DNA of 64,000 nt from Gemmatimonadota bacterium (GTDB lineage: Bacteria; Gemmatimonadota; Gemmatimonadetes; Palauibacterales; Palauibacteraceae): positions 1-64,000 of the forward strand of contig JBHIAV010000005.1 in assembly GCA_046758745.1 (NCBI GenBank), written 5' to 3'. The position numbers were made by a program, and so were the translations under genes. Below the pieces are notes generated by a model that had not been told where the DNA came from, ran no database searches, and saw only the letters and a list, made by a program, of their open reading frames with translations. Below, in pieces: positions 44,075 through 54,443 of this stretch (position 1 is the first letter of the stretch; each line of letters begins with the position of its first letter).

Positions 44075-45687
44075 CAGAGAACCCGCCCCGGAAGGCGGCC
44101 GGGCCTACGGGCCGCGGCCACCGCCTCCCGCAGGTCCTTTCGCTGGAAGAGGATCTTGAGGAAGGGCGGCACGATGAAGGTGGAGAGAATCACCATGATG
44201 AGGATCGCGCTGTACACCGCGTTCGACAGGATCCCCGCCGTGAGACCGATCGAAGCGAAGATGAGCCCCACCTCACCCCGCGGGATCATCCCCACCCCCA
44301 CCAGCAGCTTGCTGGTGTCCCGCCGCCGCACCGCCAGACCGGATACGATCTTTCCGATGACCGCGATCACGGTGAGGATGAGGCCGACTGCCAGGACGGC
44401 CAGATCGAAGTCGTCCGATCCGGGAATGAACAGCTTCACGTTCACAGGCGCGCCCACCGCCACGAAGAAGATCGGGGTGAACACGTCGGCCACCGGCTCG
44501 ATCCGCTCCACCACCGCGTCGAACTGGTTCGTCGAGGAGAGCACGATCCCGGCGGCGAACGCTCCGATGATCATTGCGGATCCCGCCCAGTCGGCCAGCG
44601 CCGCCACCCCGAGCGCGAAACAGAAGGCCGTAACGAGCAGAACGCCGCGCACACGCATGCGATCCACGTAGTTGAACAGCGCCGGTGCGAACCGATTCCC
44701 GATCACCACGGCGAGGACGAGGAAGCCGACCGCGAAGAGGAAGATCTTCCCGATCGACAGGACGCCGACGGCGACGCCGCCCGCGAGCCCCGATACGACG
44801 GCGAGGATCACGATGCCCATCACGTCGTCGATGACCGCCGCCCCGATGATGATGCGCGCCTCGGGGGTACTCATCTTCTTGAGGTCCGCCAGGACGCGCG
44901 CGGTGATGCCGACGGAGGTGGCCGTGAGCGTCGCACCCACGAAGACGGCGACGATGGCGAAGGTGATTCCCTGCGGGTGGGCCCCGATACCGGGATTGAT
45001 CATGTACCAGTAGAGAAAGCCGAGCCCGAAGGGCACGACGACGCCGACCGTCGCGACGGAGAAGGCGGTCGGGCCCACATGGAACATCTCCTTGAGGTCC
45101 GTCTCGAGCCCGATCTCGAAGAGGAGGATCGCCACTCCGATCTCGGCGAAGATCTGGACGATCTCCCCGGTGGGTGTGTCGAACGGCGGCACGACCCCGA
45201 GCAGGCTGCTGCCGAGGACCACCCCGGCGACCAGCTCGCCGAGCACCGCCGGCTGTCCGCGCCGCTCCGCGAACTCGCCGAACAGCTTCCCGAGAAGGAG
45301 AATGGCGATGAGGACAAAGAAGACGTCGCGGACCCTCAGCCCGTCTTCCGCCTCTCCCGTCGAGTCGTGCGCGTTCTGCAGCGCCGGCCGGCCGGCCTCC
45401 CGGGCCGTTTCCGTCAGCCCGGCCCCGGTGTCCGCGCCCCCCCTTACCCCTTCCGCTCCCCGCCCCCGGCTCCTCGGTTCCGCGGTCCGGATCGCCCCGG
45501 GTGTGCCTCCGGCCGCTCGCCCCGTGCCTGCCGCGCCGGCGAGCAGCGGAGCCGGGGAGACAGGCGCTTCGCCCCCCGCCCGGCCCGCTCCGCCCGCGAT
45601 GACGAAGCACAAGCCGAGCGCGACGAGGCCGCGTCGCCAGAGCCTCCGGGTGCTCGCGCGCCGGCCTCGCCCCCTGCCGACTCTCAC
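44074..45687 (-). CDS. Cation:proton antiporter (CPA2 family)
   Basis: GQPAVLGEL, LLFEIGLE, ATSVGIT, AAVIDD and GMIPRGEV motifs; start and low-complexity N-terminus uncertain. Confidence 0.88.
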   Translation of the reverse strand: MRVGRGRGRRASTRRLWRRGLVALGLCFVIAGGAGRAGGEAPVSPAPLLAGAAGTGRAAGGTPGAIRTAEPRSRGRGAEGVRGGADTGAGLTETAREAGRPALQNAHDSTGEAEDGLRVRDVFFVLIAILLLGKLFGEFAERRGQPAVLGELVAGVVLGSSLLGVVPPFDTPTGEIVQIFAEIGVAILLFEIGLETDLKEMFHVGPTAFSVATVGVVVPFGLGFLYWYMINPGIGAHPQGITFAIVAVFVGATLTATSVGITARVLADLKKMSTPEARIIIGAAVIDDVMGIVILAVVSGLAGGVAVGVLSIGKIFLFAVGFLVLAVVIGNRFAPALFNYVDRMRVRGVLLVTAFCFALGVAALADWAGSAMIIGAFAAGIVLSSTNQFDAVVERIEPVADVFTPIFFVAVGAPVNVKLFIPGSDDFDLAVLAVGLILTVIAVIGKIVSGLAVRRRDTSKLLVGVGMIPRGEVGLIFASIGLTAGILSNAVYSAILIMVILSTFIVPPFLKILFQRKDLREAVAAARRPGRLPGRVL

Positions 45688-45746
45688 GGCCTACCGGGTC
45701 CGCTCGCCCGGCCGGGCTCCGCCGCGGACGGTCCGGCCGCGAGCGC

Positions 45747-46253
45747 TTACCACTGGGACTGCGCCCCGTCCACGATCTTCTGGATGAGGTTCTCGAGCGC
45801 CAGCTGCTGACCCTCGTCCTCCGTCTCCGTCTCGGGGTCGTACTCGCCCACGCCGGTCACCGAGGGAGCGTTCCAGATCACCTCGTTGCGCTGCAGGTCG
45901 ATGATCTCCACACGGGCCCGAATCGTGATCCGCCGCTGGAACACGTCGGCTCCGACATCCTCGCGAGCCTCGAAGTTCAGCGCGCGGTCGGCGTACCCGG
46001 TGATGGTCGCGCGGATCACGGAGTCCGCGTCCCCCTCCGAGGCGAGCTGCACACCTAGGCGACCGCGCGCGGCGTCGAGAAGACCCTGAGTGAGCTGTTC
46101 CGTGAGGGTGAAGCGGGTCGTCTGATTCTCGACCGGAGGGACGAACATGGTGTGGACATGCGAGGGAAGGCCCCCTCCCCCGGAGAAGGTGTAGTTGCAG
46201 CCGGCCAGAGCGAGGACGAGAGCGAGCCGGCTAACGCGAAGACGTGAGCTCAT
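45747..46253 (-). CDS. lptE: LPS assembly lipoprotein LptE family
   Basis: Lipobox LAGC; GGGLPSHVHTMFVPPVENQT; LptE-like size and pattern. Confidence 0.7.
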   Translation of the reverse strand: MSSRLRVSRLALVLALAGCNYTFSGGGGLPSHVHTMFVPPVENQTTRFTLTEQLTQGLLDAARGRLGVQLASEGDADSVIRATITGYADRALNFEAREDVGADVFQRRITIRARVEIIDLQRNEVIWNAPSVTGVGEYDPETETEDEGQQLALENLIQKIVDGAQSQW

Positions 46254-47019
46254 AGATCTCTTTCGGGTGAGGCGCGGTGGCCCGTACTTTCCCCATCTCC
46301 CATCTAACGCGGCTCCGGGCGGCGAGGTCCCGATACTCGGCTCTGCGGGGCCACTCCCCCTCGGCATGCCACTCGACGACTACCCTCCGGAGAGTGCGGC
46401 CGGCTCTTCGCTGCTCGAGCCGTCGCAGGCGTCCCTCGCGCAGGAAGAAGTACGTGGTCTCGCTCCGGTCGTTCCCATACACCAGCACCTCGTCCTCTCC
46501 GGAAACGTATCCGCGGGTCGGCTCCGGGGCGGCCGGCCGGAAGATGCCGGCCATCGCGTACAGGAATGGCGGGGACGGCAACTCGACATCCTCGATCTCG
46601 CCGAGGGTGGCGAGGGAATCGCCCGCCAGGGAGACGGCGAGGGCCAGGTCGCCGGAGGTGAACAGGTCCAGTCGCAGGCTGTCGGGGGGGTTGAAGCGCG
46701 CGATCCCCTCCCCTTCCACCCGCCCGCGGCGGTCGCCGTACCGCCACTCGAATCGCACCGTCGCCGGCGTCACCGCACCGCCGAGGGAAGCCCGACGGAC
46801 CACGGCCACGGGATCGTCGAGAGGCGGGCCCGTCCCGACAAACCCGGTACAGCCGGTCGCCGTCAACACGCTCGCCACCAGCGCCCCGACCCGAAAGCGG
46901 TCCCGGGGGGGCAAAAAGCCCGGAAGGCACGGGCGCTGACGCAGGGGGGCGAGCAGAGGAAGGGGGCCGCGACAGCTCATCCGGAGCGACCATCCGGGCG
47001 GCGGCCGCTCAGCTCGCAT
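46231..47019 (-). CDS. Hypothetical lipoprotein (possibly LolB-like fold)
   Basis: TATGC lipobox-like segment; PPDSLRLDLF; coupled to neighbouring genes; start uncertain. Confidence 0.55.
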   Translation of the reverse strand: MRAERPPPGWSLRMSCRGPLPLLAPLRQRPCLPGFLPPRDRFRVGALVASVLTATGCTGFVGTGPPLDDPVAVVRRASLGGAVTPATVRFEWRYGDRRGRVEGEGIARFNPPDSLRLDLFTSGDLALAVSLAGDSLATLGEIEDVELPSPPFLYAMAGIFRPAAPEPTRGYVSGEDEVLVYGNDRSETTYFFLREGRLRRLEQRRAGRTLRRVVVEWHAEGEWPRRAEYRDLAARSRVRWEMGKVRATAPHPKEIYELTSSR

Positions 47020-47467
47020 GCTCCGCCGGCCGGGCAGCGCCGTCGGCTCGCGCGAGCTCCTCCAACGCCTTCCGCAGCTCGGCCGGCATTCGCCGCGGTC
47101 TCCCCGCGACGTCCGTGCACACCAGGTCGGTGGATGCGCGGGCGAGAAGCTCCCCGTCGGAACTCCGCAACACGTCGTACAGGAAGGTCACGGAGCGACT
47201 GCGCACGGCGCTGACTCGCGTCTCGACGGCCACGAGCTCCTCGTACTCCGCTCCCCGTCGGTACTCGACCTCCAGGCGGGAGACGGGCAGGAGGATTCCT
47301 CTCCTTTCCAGCTCCGCGTACGAGATGCCGCTCTCCCGCATCAGGGCGGTGCGACCCAGCTCGCACCAGACCACGTAGGCTCCGTGATGTGCCCTTCGCA
47401 TCTGGTCTGTCTCGGCGTAGCGAACCCGAACTTCGACCCGCCCGCCGCATTTCGCCTCGTCTCTCAT
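47009..47467 (-). CDS. Acyl-CoA thioesterase (YbgC/4HBT family)
   Basis: VRVRYAETDQM..AHH..YVVWCELGR. Confidence 0.88.
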   Translation of the reverse strand: MRDEAKCGGRVEVRVRYAETDQMRRAHHGAYVVWCELGRTALMRESGISYAELERRGILLPVSRLEVEYRRGAEYEELVAVETRVSAVRSRSVTFLYDVLRSSDGELLARASTDLVCTDVAGRPRRMPAELRKALEELARADGAARPAEHAS

Positions 47468-47630
47468 CGGCCTGAACAGAGGGAGATCCCCTCGCCTCGC
47501 GCAAGGGGCGGGGAGCGAGGGACGCTCCGCGCGTGCCCGGCGACGACATGCACCGGTCCCGCCCGCGCCGAACACCGGGACGTCGGCGGCCGCCTTTCCG
47601 GTCTCCGGGGCGGGGATCTATGTTTCATCG

Positions 47631-48365
47631 GTGGATCCGATCACGCTGGTCACCTCGGACGCACATCTCGGCGAGGTGTCCGCCGAGAACGAGGCGGCGT
47701 TTCACGCCTTCCTCCGGCACGCCGCGGGCGCCGCCGGCGAGCTCCTGATCAACGGCGACTTGTTCGACTTCTGGTTCGAATACCGCTCCGTCGTGCTTCG
47801 CCGTCATTTCATGACCCTGCGTCTTCTGGCCGACCTGGTGGACGCGGGGGTGCGGGTGCGCCTGGTAGGCGGCAATCACGACGCGTGGGGCGGGCCCTTC
47901 CTGACCGAGGAGATCGGGATGGAGCTCATCCAGGGTCCCGTGGTGACATCGGTCGGCGGACGCCTCGCCTACCTGGCACACGGCGACGGGCTGGCGGAGG
48001 GTGACTGGGGGTACCGCGGGCTCAAGCGGGTGATCCGGAGCCGGGGTGCTCGGAAGCTCTTTCGGCTCGTTCATCCGGACCTGGCGACGCGTCTGGTGCG
48101 CCGTGTGAGCCGCACGCAAGAGAGGCGGGCTGATGGCCCGCGGGACGATCTCCGTCGCGCCGAGCTCCTCTCATCGCACGCCGAGGCGATCCTCGAGGAA
48201 CGACCCGAACTGGAGCTAGTGATCTTCGGTCACGCGCACCGTCCTGAGCTCCGCGAGATAGCTCCAGGCCGGCACTACCTGAATCCCGGCGACTGGATCC
48301 ATCATTGCAGTTACGCGGTGGTGAGCCCGGAGCGGATCGAGCTCAAGCGGTGGAATCCACGCTGA
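47631..48365 (+). CDS. lpxH: UDP-2,3-diacylglucosamine diphosphatase
   Basis: SDAHLG, GDLFDFW, GNHD, AHGD, FGHAH and NPGDW metallophosphoesterase motifs. Confidence 0.85.
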   Translation: MDPITLVTSDAHLGEVSAENEAAFHAFLRHAAGAAGELLINGDLFDFWFEYRSVVLRRHFMTLRLLADLVDAGVRVRLVGGNHDAWGGPFLTEEIGMELIQGPVVTSVGGRLAYLAHGDGLAEGDWGYRGLKRVIRSRGARKLFRLVHPDLATRLVRRVSRTQERRADGPRDDLRRAELLSSHAEAILEERPELELVIFGHAHRPELREIAPGRHYLNPGDWIHHCSYAVVSPERIELKRWNPR

Positions 48366-49203
48366 CCTTCTCGAGGTGGTCGATCTCGCCACCCAGAAAC
48401 CTGCTCGCCAAGCTGCCGAAGCGTTCCGCGTCGTCCGTCACGAAGTAGCGCCCTGCCACTGCACGACCTTCGGGTGCGAGCAGTCCCGCGCCGGCCAGGG
48501 ATCTCGCCACATGGTCCGCCGTCGCCTCCGCCGAGTCGATGAGTGTCACGGTCGGCCCCGCCACGTCCGCCAGAAGGGGCTTGAGGAGCGGGTAGTGGGT
48601 GCAGCCGAGGACGAGCGTGTCGATGCCCCGATCGAGAAGCGGCCGCAGGTAGTGCTCGGCCGTGAGACGCGCCACCTCGCCCGCCGTCCATCCCTCCTCC
48701 ACGAGCGGCACGAAGAGAGGACACGGGGCCGCGACGATCTCCGCCTCCGGCCGCCAGGAGCGGATGGCGCTCTCGTAAGCCCCGCTCTCGATCGTCCCCT
48801 GTGTGCCGATGACGCCGATCCGCCCGCTCGGCGAGTCGGTCGCCGCCCGTCTGGCACCGGGCTCGACTACGCCGATCACCGGTACCCGGGCGCGCTCTCC
48901 GATCACGGCCAACGCGTGCGCGCTGGCGGTGTTGCACGCCACCACGATCGCCTTGACCCCTCGCGCGACCAGGAAATCCGCCGCCTCCGTCGAGTACCGC
49001 CGTATGGTCGAGGCCGATTTCGGACCGTATGGGAGGCGGGCCGTGTCCCCCAGATACACCGTCGACTCGTCCGGGAGGCACCGACGGATCTCCCGCAGCA
49101 CCGTGAGGCCCCCGATGCCGGAATCGAACACGCCGATCGGCGCTTCGAGGCGGAGATCCCCTCCGTTCCCGGTGACTCCGCTCGCTCCTCCCCGCGCCGC
49201 CAT
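48343..49203 (-). CDS. murI: Glutamate racemase
   Basis: IGVFDSGIGG, PYGPKS, VACNTA, LGCTHYP. Confidence 0.95.
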   Translation of the reverse strand: MAARGGASGVTGNGGDLRLEAPIGVFDSGIGGLTVLREIRRCLPDESTVYLGDTARLPYGPKSASTIRRYSTEAADFLVARGVKAIVVACNTASAHALAVIGERARVPVIGVVEPGARRAATDSPSGRIGVIGTQGTIESGAYESAIRSWRPEAEIVAAPCPLFVPLVEEGWTAGEVARLTAEHYLRPLLDRGIDTLVLGCTHYPLLKPLLADVAGPTVTLIDSAEATADHVARSLAGAGLLAPEGRAVAGRYFVTDDAERFGSLASRFLGGEIDHLEKVSVDSTA

Positions 49204-49208
49204 CGATG

Positions 49209-49810
49209 CTATGGGCCACGCACGGCGATGCGGTAACGCAGCTCGAGGCCTGCCGCGCCGTCCGCGGGTGGCGTCACCTCTCCCTCGAACCCCTGCAGGT
49301 GCGCGGACACCCACGCGTCCACGCCGCTGAGAAGCGCGAAGAAGGCAGCCAAGACGATCCAATCCTCCCGCTGCTCCTTGCGCGCATCCACCAGGGCGCT
49401 GTCGGCCGGTGAGGCGCGCCGCGCCGCGTCCAGCTTCGACTGAGTCTTGAAGACCATGAACAGGCTTCCCGCCTCGGCGGCAAAGTAGAAGGCCCCACGG
49501 CCCGGCTTTCCCGCCGCCACCTGGCCCCACCCCGGGACGATGAGCGATCGGCCGAGCGCGCCGAGCGGGCTGACCCGGGGGCGGGCCGCAGAGTCGGGGA
49601 CGACCCCGGCTTCCTGCCGTTCCTCCGCCTGCCGCGGCTCGCCGGCTCCCCCTTCCCGCGAAGCTCCACCAGCGGCCGGACTCCCGCCGCCGCTCTCGGC
49701 GGGGCCAGGCTCCTCCGCCCGCGGCCGCTCCGGCTCCTGAGCCGACGCGTTCCGGGACGGCCGTGCCGCAGCCGCCGCCACGCAGAACAGGAGCACCGCC
49801 GAGCGGGAGA
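49209..49810 (-). CDS. DUF5683-like membrane/secreted protein
   Basis: SPLGALGRSLIVPGWGQ...K and DAWVSAHL motifs; start not determinable, so the upstream coordinate is approximate. Confidence 0.6.
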
Positions 49811-49983
49811 TGACGATGCGGAAGCAGGTACGGGAGGCGAGGGGGGCCGAGCGCCCCGTTCCCTGGGCCCCGCGCCCGGATTCCGGTCGCTCCCGTGGCC
49901 CCCGCTTCCCTGCCCCTGCCGGCGGCCGGTCCCGCGCCTCCGGAAGCCGCGATCCCCGCTCTGGCACCGGGAGGGCCGGGAAA

Positions 49984-50080
49984 TGGCGGGAGCGTGTGGG
50001 AATCGAACCCACCCGGGACGCTATCCGCACCCCGAAACGGTTTTGAAGACCGCCGGTGACACCAGCCACCATCCGCTCCC
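49984..50080 (-). tRNA. selC: tRNA-Sec (TCA)
   Basis: 97 nt: 8-position acceptor stem, 6-bp D stem with TGGT loop, CT-TCA-AA anticodon loop, long variable arm, 5-bp T stem, G73-CCA. Confidence 0.95.
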
Positions 50081-50135
50081 CCGGCGTCGCGCCAAACGCT
50101 CTCCCTCCGGCGTCGCCCCGCTCCATCCCCCTTCC

Positions 50136-50537
50136 TCAACCGCCGGCGGCGGGGCGGAGACGAGCGATGAGCTCCACCTCCACCCGGGCGTCGCGCGGAA
50201 GCCTCGCCGACTGCACGGCCGAGCGAGCCGGGTACGGCTCCTCGAACGCCTCTGCGTACACCTCGTTCACCGCCGCGAACTCGTCCATGTCGGCCAGGTA
50301 CACCGTCGTCTTGACGACGTCTCGGAAGCCGAGCCCGGCGGCGCGAAGCACCGCGTCGAGGTTTCGGAACAGCTGGCGGGCCTGGCTCACCACATCCGGA
50401 CCGGCCATCTTTCCGGTAGCCGGATCGATCCCGATCTGTCCGGCGGCGAAAAGGTACCCCCCGGCGATGATGCCCTGCGAGTACGGACCGAGGGCGGCCG
50501 GCGCCCCCTTCGTGTGAACTGCTCTCGTGTCCGTCAC
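50136..50537 (-). CDS. ridA: RidA/YjgF family reactive-intermediate deaminase
   Basis: APAALGPYSQ, AGQIGIDP, YPARSAV...LP...VEVE. Confidence 0.9.
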   Translation of the reverse strand: MTDTRAVHTKGAPAALGPYSQGIIAGGYLFAAGQIGIDPATGKMAGPDVVSQARQLFRNLDAVLRAAGLGFRDVVKTTVYLADMDEFAAVNEVYAEAFEEPYPARSAVQSARLPRDARVEVELIARLRPAAGG

Positions 50538-50657
50538 CTCGCTTCCTCTCCGTCCGGTTCGGTCCGCACGGGGGCCGAGCGCGGCCCTCCGCCGCGCGCG
50601 TGGGAATGTCGCGGCGGCGCGTCGCCGAGCCGCCGGCGCGTGTGAGCTTCCGGACCT

Positions 50658-52322
50658 CTAAAAAAGCCCCTCGATCCGTCCGTCCGGGTGCACACGCATC
50701 GCCTCTGCTGCGGGTCGGGCCGGCAGCCCGGGCATCGTCAACACGTCGCCCGTGAGCGCCACCACGAACCCCGCGCCCGCCGAGAGTCGAAGCTCGCGCA
50801 CGGTGACCTCGAAGTCACACGGCCGGCCGTGCAGAGCCGGATTGTCGCTGAGCGAGTATTGGGTCTTGGCGACGCACACCGGAAGGTCCCCATAGCCCGC
50901 CGCCACGAAGCGCGTCACCGCTCGCTCGGCGGCGGGGAGCATGTTGATGCCGCGTGCACCATACGCCCGGGTGGCGATGGTTTCCAGCTTCTCGGCGAGC
51001 GGCACCTCGAGCGGATAGAGGGGCCGGAAATCGGCACCGTCATCCTCCAGAAGCTGGAGGAGACGAGCGGCCAGGGACTCGCCCCCCTCACCCCCCCGCG
51101 CCCACACATCCGCCGTTTCGCACGGAGCGCCGGCCTCCTTGCACAGCTCGGTCACCGCGGTCAGCTCCTGCTCGGAATCGGAGGCGAAGCGGTTCACCGC
51201 GACGATGGTGGGCACGCCGAACTGCTTCACGTTCTCGATGTGGTGAAGCAGGTTCGGGAAGCCCGCCCGCACGGCTTCCGGGTTCGGGTGGGTCAGCTCC
51301 GCGGCCGGAAGGCCCGCGTGTCGTTTCAGCGCGCGTATCGTGGCCACGACGACTGCAGCGTGGGGCGTCAGCTTACCGGTGCGGCACTTGATGTCGAAGA
51401 ATTTCTCCGCCCCCAGCTCGGAGGCGAAGCCCGCCTCGGTCACCACGATATCTCCGAGCGTCAGCGCCGCACGCGTCGCGATCAGGGAGCTGCACCCATG
51501 CGCGATGTTGGCGAATGGCCCGCCGTGCACGAAGGCGGGTCCCCCCTCCAGCGTCTGCACCAGATTCGGAGCCAGCGCGTCCCGCATGAGGAGCGCCATG
51601 GCGCCGCTCACCTTCAGCTCGGCGGCCGACACGAGCGTGCCGTCGGATCGCACCCCGAGCACGATGCGTGCGAGCCGCTCCTCGAGGTCTCGCAGGTCGG
51701 TCGCAAGGCAGAAGATCGCCATCACCTCGGACGCCGCGGTGATGGTGAACCTCTCCTCGCGGGGGACACCGTTCAGCGCACCGCCCAGACCGACCACCAC
51801 CCGGCGTAGGGCTCTGTCGTTCATGTCGGTCGCTCGTTGCCACTGGATGCGCCGCGGATCGATCCCGAGCGAGTTCCCACGGTGGAGGTTGTTGTCGAGC
51901 GCCGCGGAGAGAAGGGAGTTGGCCGCCGTGATCGCGTGGAAGTCCCCGGTGAAGTGGAGGTTGATCTCCTCCATCGGGAGCACCTGGGAATACCCACCCC
52001 CGGCCGCCCCACCCTTCATCCCGAACACCGGGCCGAGCGACGGTTCCCGCAGGCAGAGAACCGCGTTTCGGCCGAGCCGGCGAAGGGCCTGTACGAGTCC
52101 GACCGAGACCGTGGATTTTCCCTCCCCGGCCGGCGTCGGCGTCATGGCGGTCACGAGGACCAGCCTGGCTGTGGGCTTTCGGGCGAGCAGAGTCTCGAGG
52201 TCGACCTTGGCGACGTAGTGTCCGTACAGCCGGAGCTCTGCCTCTCCGAGCCCCAGCTCTTCGGCGACCTCTCGGATCGGCCGCAGGGTGGCGCACTGCG
52301 CGATCTCGATGTCCGTCGGCAT
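50658..52322 (-). CDS. fhs: Formate--tetrahydrofolate ligase
   Basis: TPAGEGKST, KGGAAGGGYSQV, HGGPFANIAHG, EKFFDIKCR, AKTQYS. Confidence 0.97.
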   Translation of the reverse strand: MPTDIEIAQCATLRPIREVAEELGLGEAELRLYGHYVAKVDLETLLARKPTARLVLVTAMTPTPAGEGKSTVSVGLVQALRRLGRNAVLCLREPSLGPVFGMKGGAAGGGYSQVLPMEEINLHFTGDFHAITAANSLLSAALDNNLHRGNSLGIDPRRIQWQRATDMNDRALRRVVVGLGGALNGVPREERFTITAASEVMAIFCLATDLRDLEERLARIVLGVRSDGTLVSAAELKVSGAMALLMRDALAPNLVQTLEGGPAFVHGGPFANIAHGCSSLIATRAALTLGDIVVTEAGFASELGAEKFFDIKCRTGKLTPHAAVVVATIRALKRHAGLPAAELTHPNPEAVRAGFPNLLHHIENVKQFGVPTIVAVNRFASDSEQELTAVTELCKEAGAPCETADVWARGGEGGESLAARLLQLLEDDGADFRPLYPLEVPLAEKLETIATRAYGARGINMLPAAERAVTRFVAAGYGDLPVCVAKTQYSLSDNPALHGRPCDFEVTVRELRLSAGAGFVVALTGDVLTMPGLPARPAAEAMRVHPDGRIEGLF

Positions 52323-52380
52323 CCCCTCCCCTTCCTCCTCCTCTCCTACTGGTCGAACCGGTCAGGCTCGAGCTGTCGCC

Positions 52381-53430
52381 TCACGCGCGGGATCTCGCCG
52401 AGGCGGGCCCCCGCCGTCCGACGCCGGCGGTCTCCTCCGCCGGGCAGCCCGCTATGAGCTCACCCCGGGTGACGGGGACGGCGCCCAGGCGAGATACCTC
52501 GATCCCGGCCGCGTGGTTCGCCAGAGCGGCGGCGGCGGGCACGGGCGCGCCGCCCGCGAGCAGCACCGCCAGCGTGGCGGTCACCGTGTCGCCCGCCCCG
52601 GTGACATCGAACACCTCCCGCGCGCGGGACGGAATGGCCAGCGGCGCCGGGTCGTCGCGCGTGAGCAGGAGCATGCCCCCCTCACCGAGAGTGAGGAGGA
52701 GGTGGTCGCACGCCAGGCGTTCCGCCACTCCCCGCAGCACCTCCGCCGCGCGCGGAACCCGCTCCACGCCGAGGGCCGCCGCCAGCTCCCTCCCGTTGGG
52801 CTTTACGAGGAACGCCCCGCGGTAGTCGAAGAAGTGCCGGCGCTTCGGATCGACCAGGGCCGGGATCCCGCGTGTCCGGGCCTCCGCGAGCAACCGAACC
52901 GCGAGGCCAGGCTCGAGGACTCCCTTGTCGTAGTCCTCCAGCACCACGGCGTCGGCCCATCCCAGCGCGCCAAGGGCCCGCGCGGCAAGCTCCTCCCGAG
53001 TGGCGGCGCCGATGGACGAGGTCGTCTCCCGGTCCACCCGAAGCATCTGCTGATGCTTGGCGAGGATCCGCGTCTTGATCGTCGTCGGCCGGCCACGCTC
53101 CACCACTAGGTCATCGCTCCCGATCCCGTGCGCACCCAGCCCCTCGCGGATGAGCTCGGCTTCCGCGTCGGACCCGGTGACCGACACGAGGCGGCAGGCG
53201 GCCCCCAGGGCGGTAACTCCCGCAGCCACGTTCGCCGCCCCGCCGAGGGCGGTGCGCTCCTCCGCCACGCGAACGACGGGGACCGGCGCCTCGGCCGAGA
53301 TCCGCTCGACCGTTCCGCTCACGTAGCGATCCAGCATGCTGTCGCCTACGACGAGAACGCGTGCTCCGTCCGCGGCATCCAGAAAGCGGCGGGCCTCATC
53401 GGAACCAACGAGATGGGCGTCCGGTCGCAC
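52381..53430 (-). CDS. rfaE1: D-glycero-beta-D-manno-heptose-7-phosphate kinase (stand-alone HldE domain I)
   Basis: GDSMLDRY, RISAEAPVPV, GGAANVA, DYDKG, DVTGAGDTV. Confidence 0.9.
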   Translation of the reverse strand: MRPDAHLVGSDEARRFLDAADGARVLVVGDSMLDRYVSGTVERISAEAPVPVVRVAEERTALGGAANVAAGVTALGAACRLVSVTGSDAEAELIREGLGAHGIGSDDLVVERGRPTTIKTRILAKHQQMLRVDRETTSSIGAATREELAARALGALGWADAVVLEDYDKGVLEPGLAVRLLAEARTRGIPALVDPKRRHFFDYRGAFLVKPNGRELAAALGVERVPRAAEVLRGVAERLACDHLLLTLGEGGMLLLTRDDPAPLAIPSRAREVFDVTGAGDTVTATLAVLLAGGAPVPAAAALANHAAGIEVSRLGAVPVTRGELIAGCPAEETAGVGRRGPASARSRA

Positions 53431-53612
53431 CTCGCTTCACCTTGCGCCGAAGATGGGGCCTCGGTAACCTGCGCGAGTCCTTCCGGCCCGGTCCCGGTGC
53501 CGTAACGTGTTGCCCCGCAACGGGCTGTACGATGGAGCGGACCGAAGGCCGAATTCGGGCGCGAAGATAGCCGGGATCCGAGAGAGAGTCAAAAGGCCCG
53601 CCGAAACAGCTC

Positions 53613-54443
53613 ATGAGCTCCGCGACGCCCGGCCCGGCACCGATCGCCTTCGCCAACGAGACGCTGAAAGGGTGGGCCTTTCACACCCAGGAATACATCG
53701 GCCTGCTGGGTCGAACTCTTCGCGCCTGTGTCTCGCGGCCCTTCTATTTCCGCGACCTCACGATTCAGATGGACGTCATCGGGGTCGGCTCGATCATGAT
53801 CGTCCTCCTCACGGGGCTCTTCACCGGGATGGTGTTGGCCCTTCAGTCGGCCGTCGAAATGGAGCAGTTTGGCGCGGAGATCTACATCGGACGGCTGGTG
53901 GGAGCGAGCGTGGTACGCGAGCTCGGCCCGGTGCTTACCGCGCTCATGGTCACCGGTCGGGCGGGATCCGGGATGGCTGCGGCGATCGGCGCCATGGTGG
54001 TGACGGAGCAGGTCGACGCGCTGTACACGATCGGCGTCGATCCCGTGCGCAAGCTCGTCGTTCCGCGCTTCCTGGCCGGGCTCATCATGCTGCCGATTCT
54101 GACCATGATCACGGACGTCGTGGCGGTCTTCGGCGGTTTGATCATTGCCCTCTTCAAGATCGGTCTCACCTTCGACCTGTACATGCGGTCGGTGTACCTC
54201 ACCCTGGCGGAGACCGGGTTCATACTCCGGTACATCCCCATCGACCTCATCTCCGGCCTGCTGAAGCCGATCTGGTTCGGAGCGATAATGGCCCTCACCG
54301 GCTCCTACTACGGCCTGAGCACGACCGGTGGAACCGAGGGCGTCGGGCGGGCGACCACCCGCGCCGTGGTGACCGCTTCGGTGCTGATCCTGGCGTTCGA
54401 CTACTTCCTCACACAGATCCTCATAGTCCTGCTGATAGAGTGA
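53613..54443 (+). CDS. mlaE: MlaE-family ABC permease
   Basis: VVRELGPVLTALMVTGRAGS, TEQVDAL, GVGRATTRAVV. Confidence 0.92.
   Translation: MSSATPGPAPIAFANETLKGWAFHTQEYIGLLGRTLRACVSRPFYFRDLTIQMDVIGVGSIMIVLLTGLFTGMVLALQSAVEMEQFGAEIYIGRLVGASVVRELGPVLTALMVTGRAGSGMAAAIGAMVVTEQVDALYTIGVDPVRKLVVPRFLAGLIMLPILTMITDVVAVFGGLIIALFKIGLTFDLYMRSVYLTLAETGFILRYIPIDLISGLLKPIWFGAIMALTGSYYGLSTTGGTEGVGRATTRAVVTASVLILAFDYFLTQILIVLLIE

Noticed and set aside
42615-53430. HldE split into separate kinase and adenylyltransferase genes 9 kb apart
   Set aside because: Split rfaE1/rfaE2 is common outside enterobacteria; not novel
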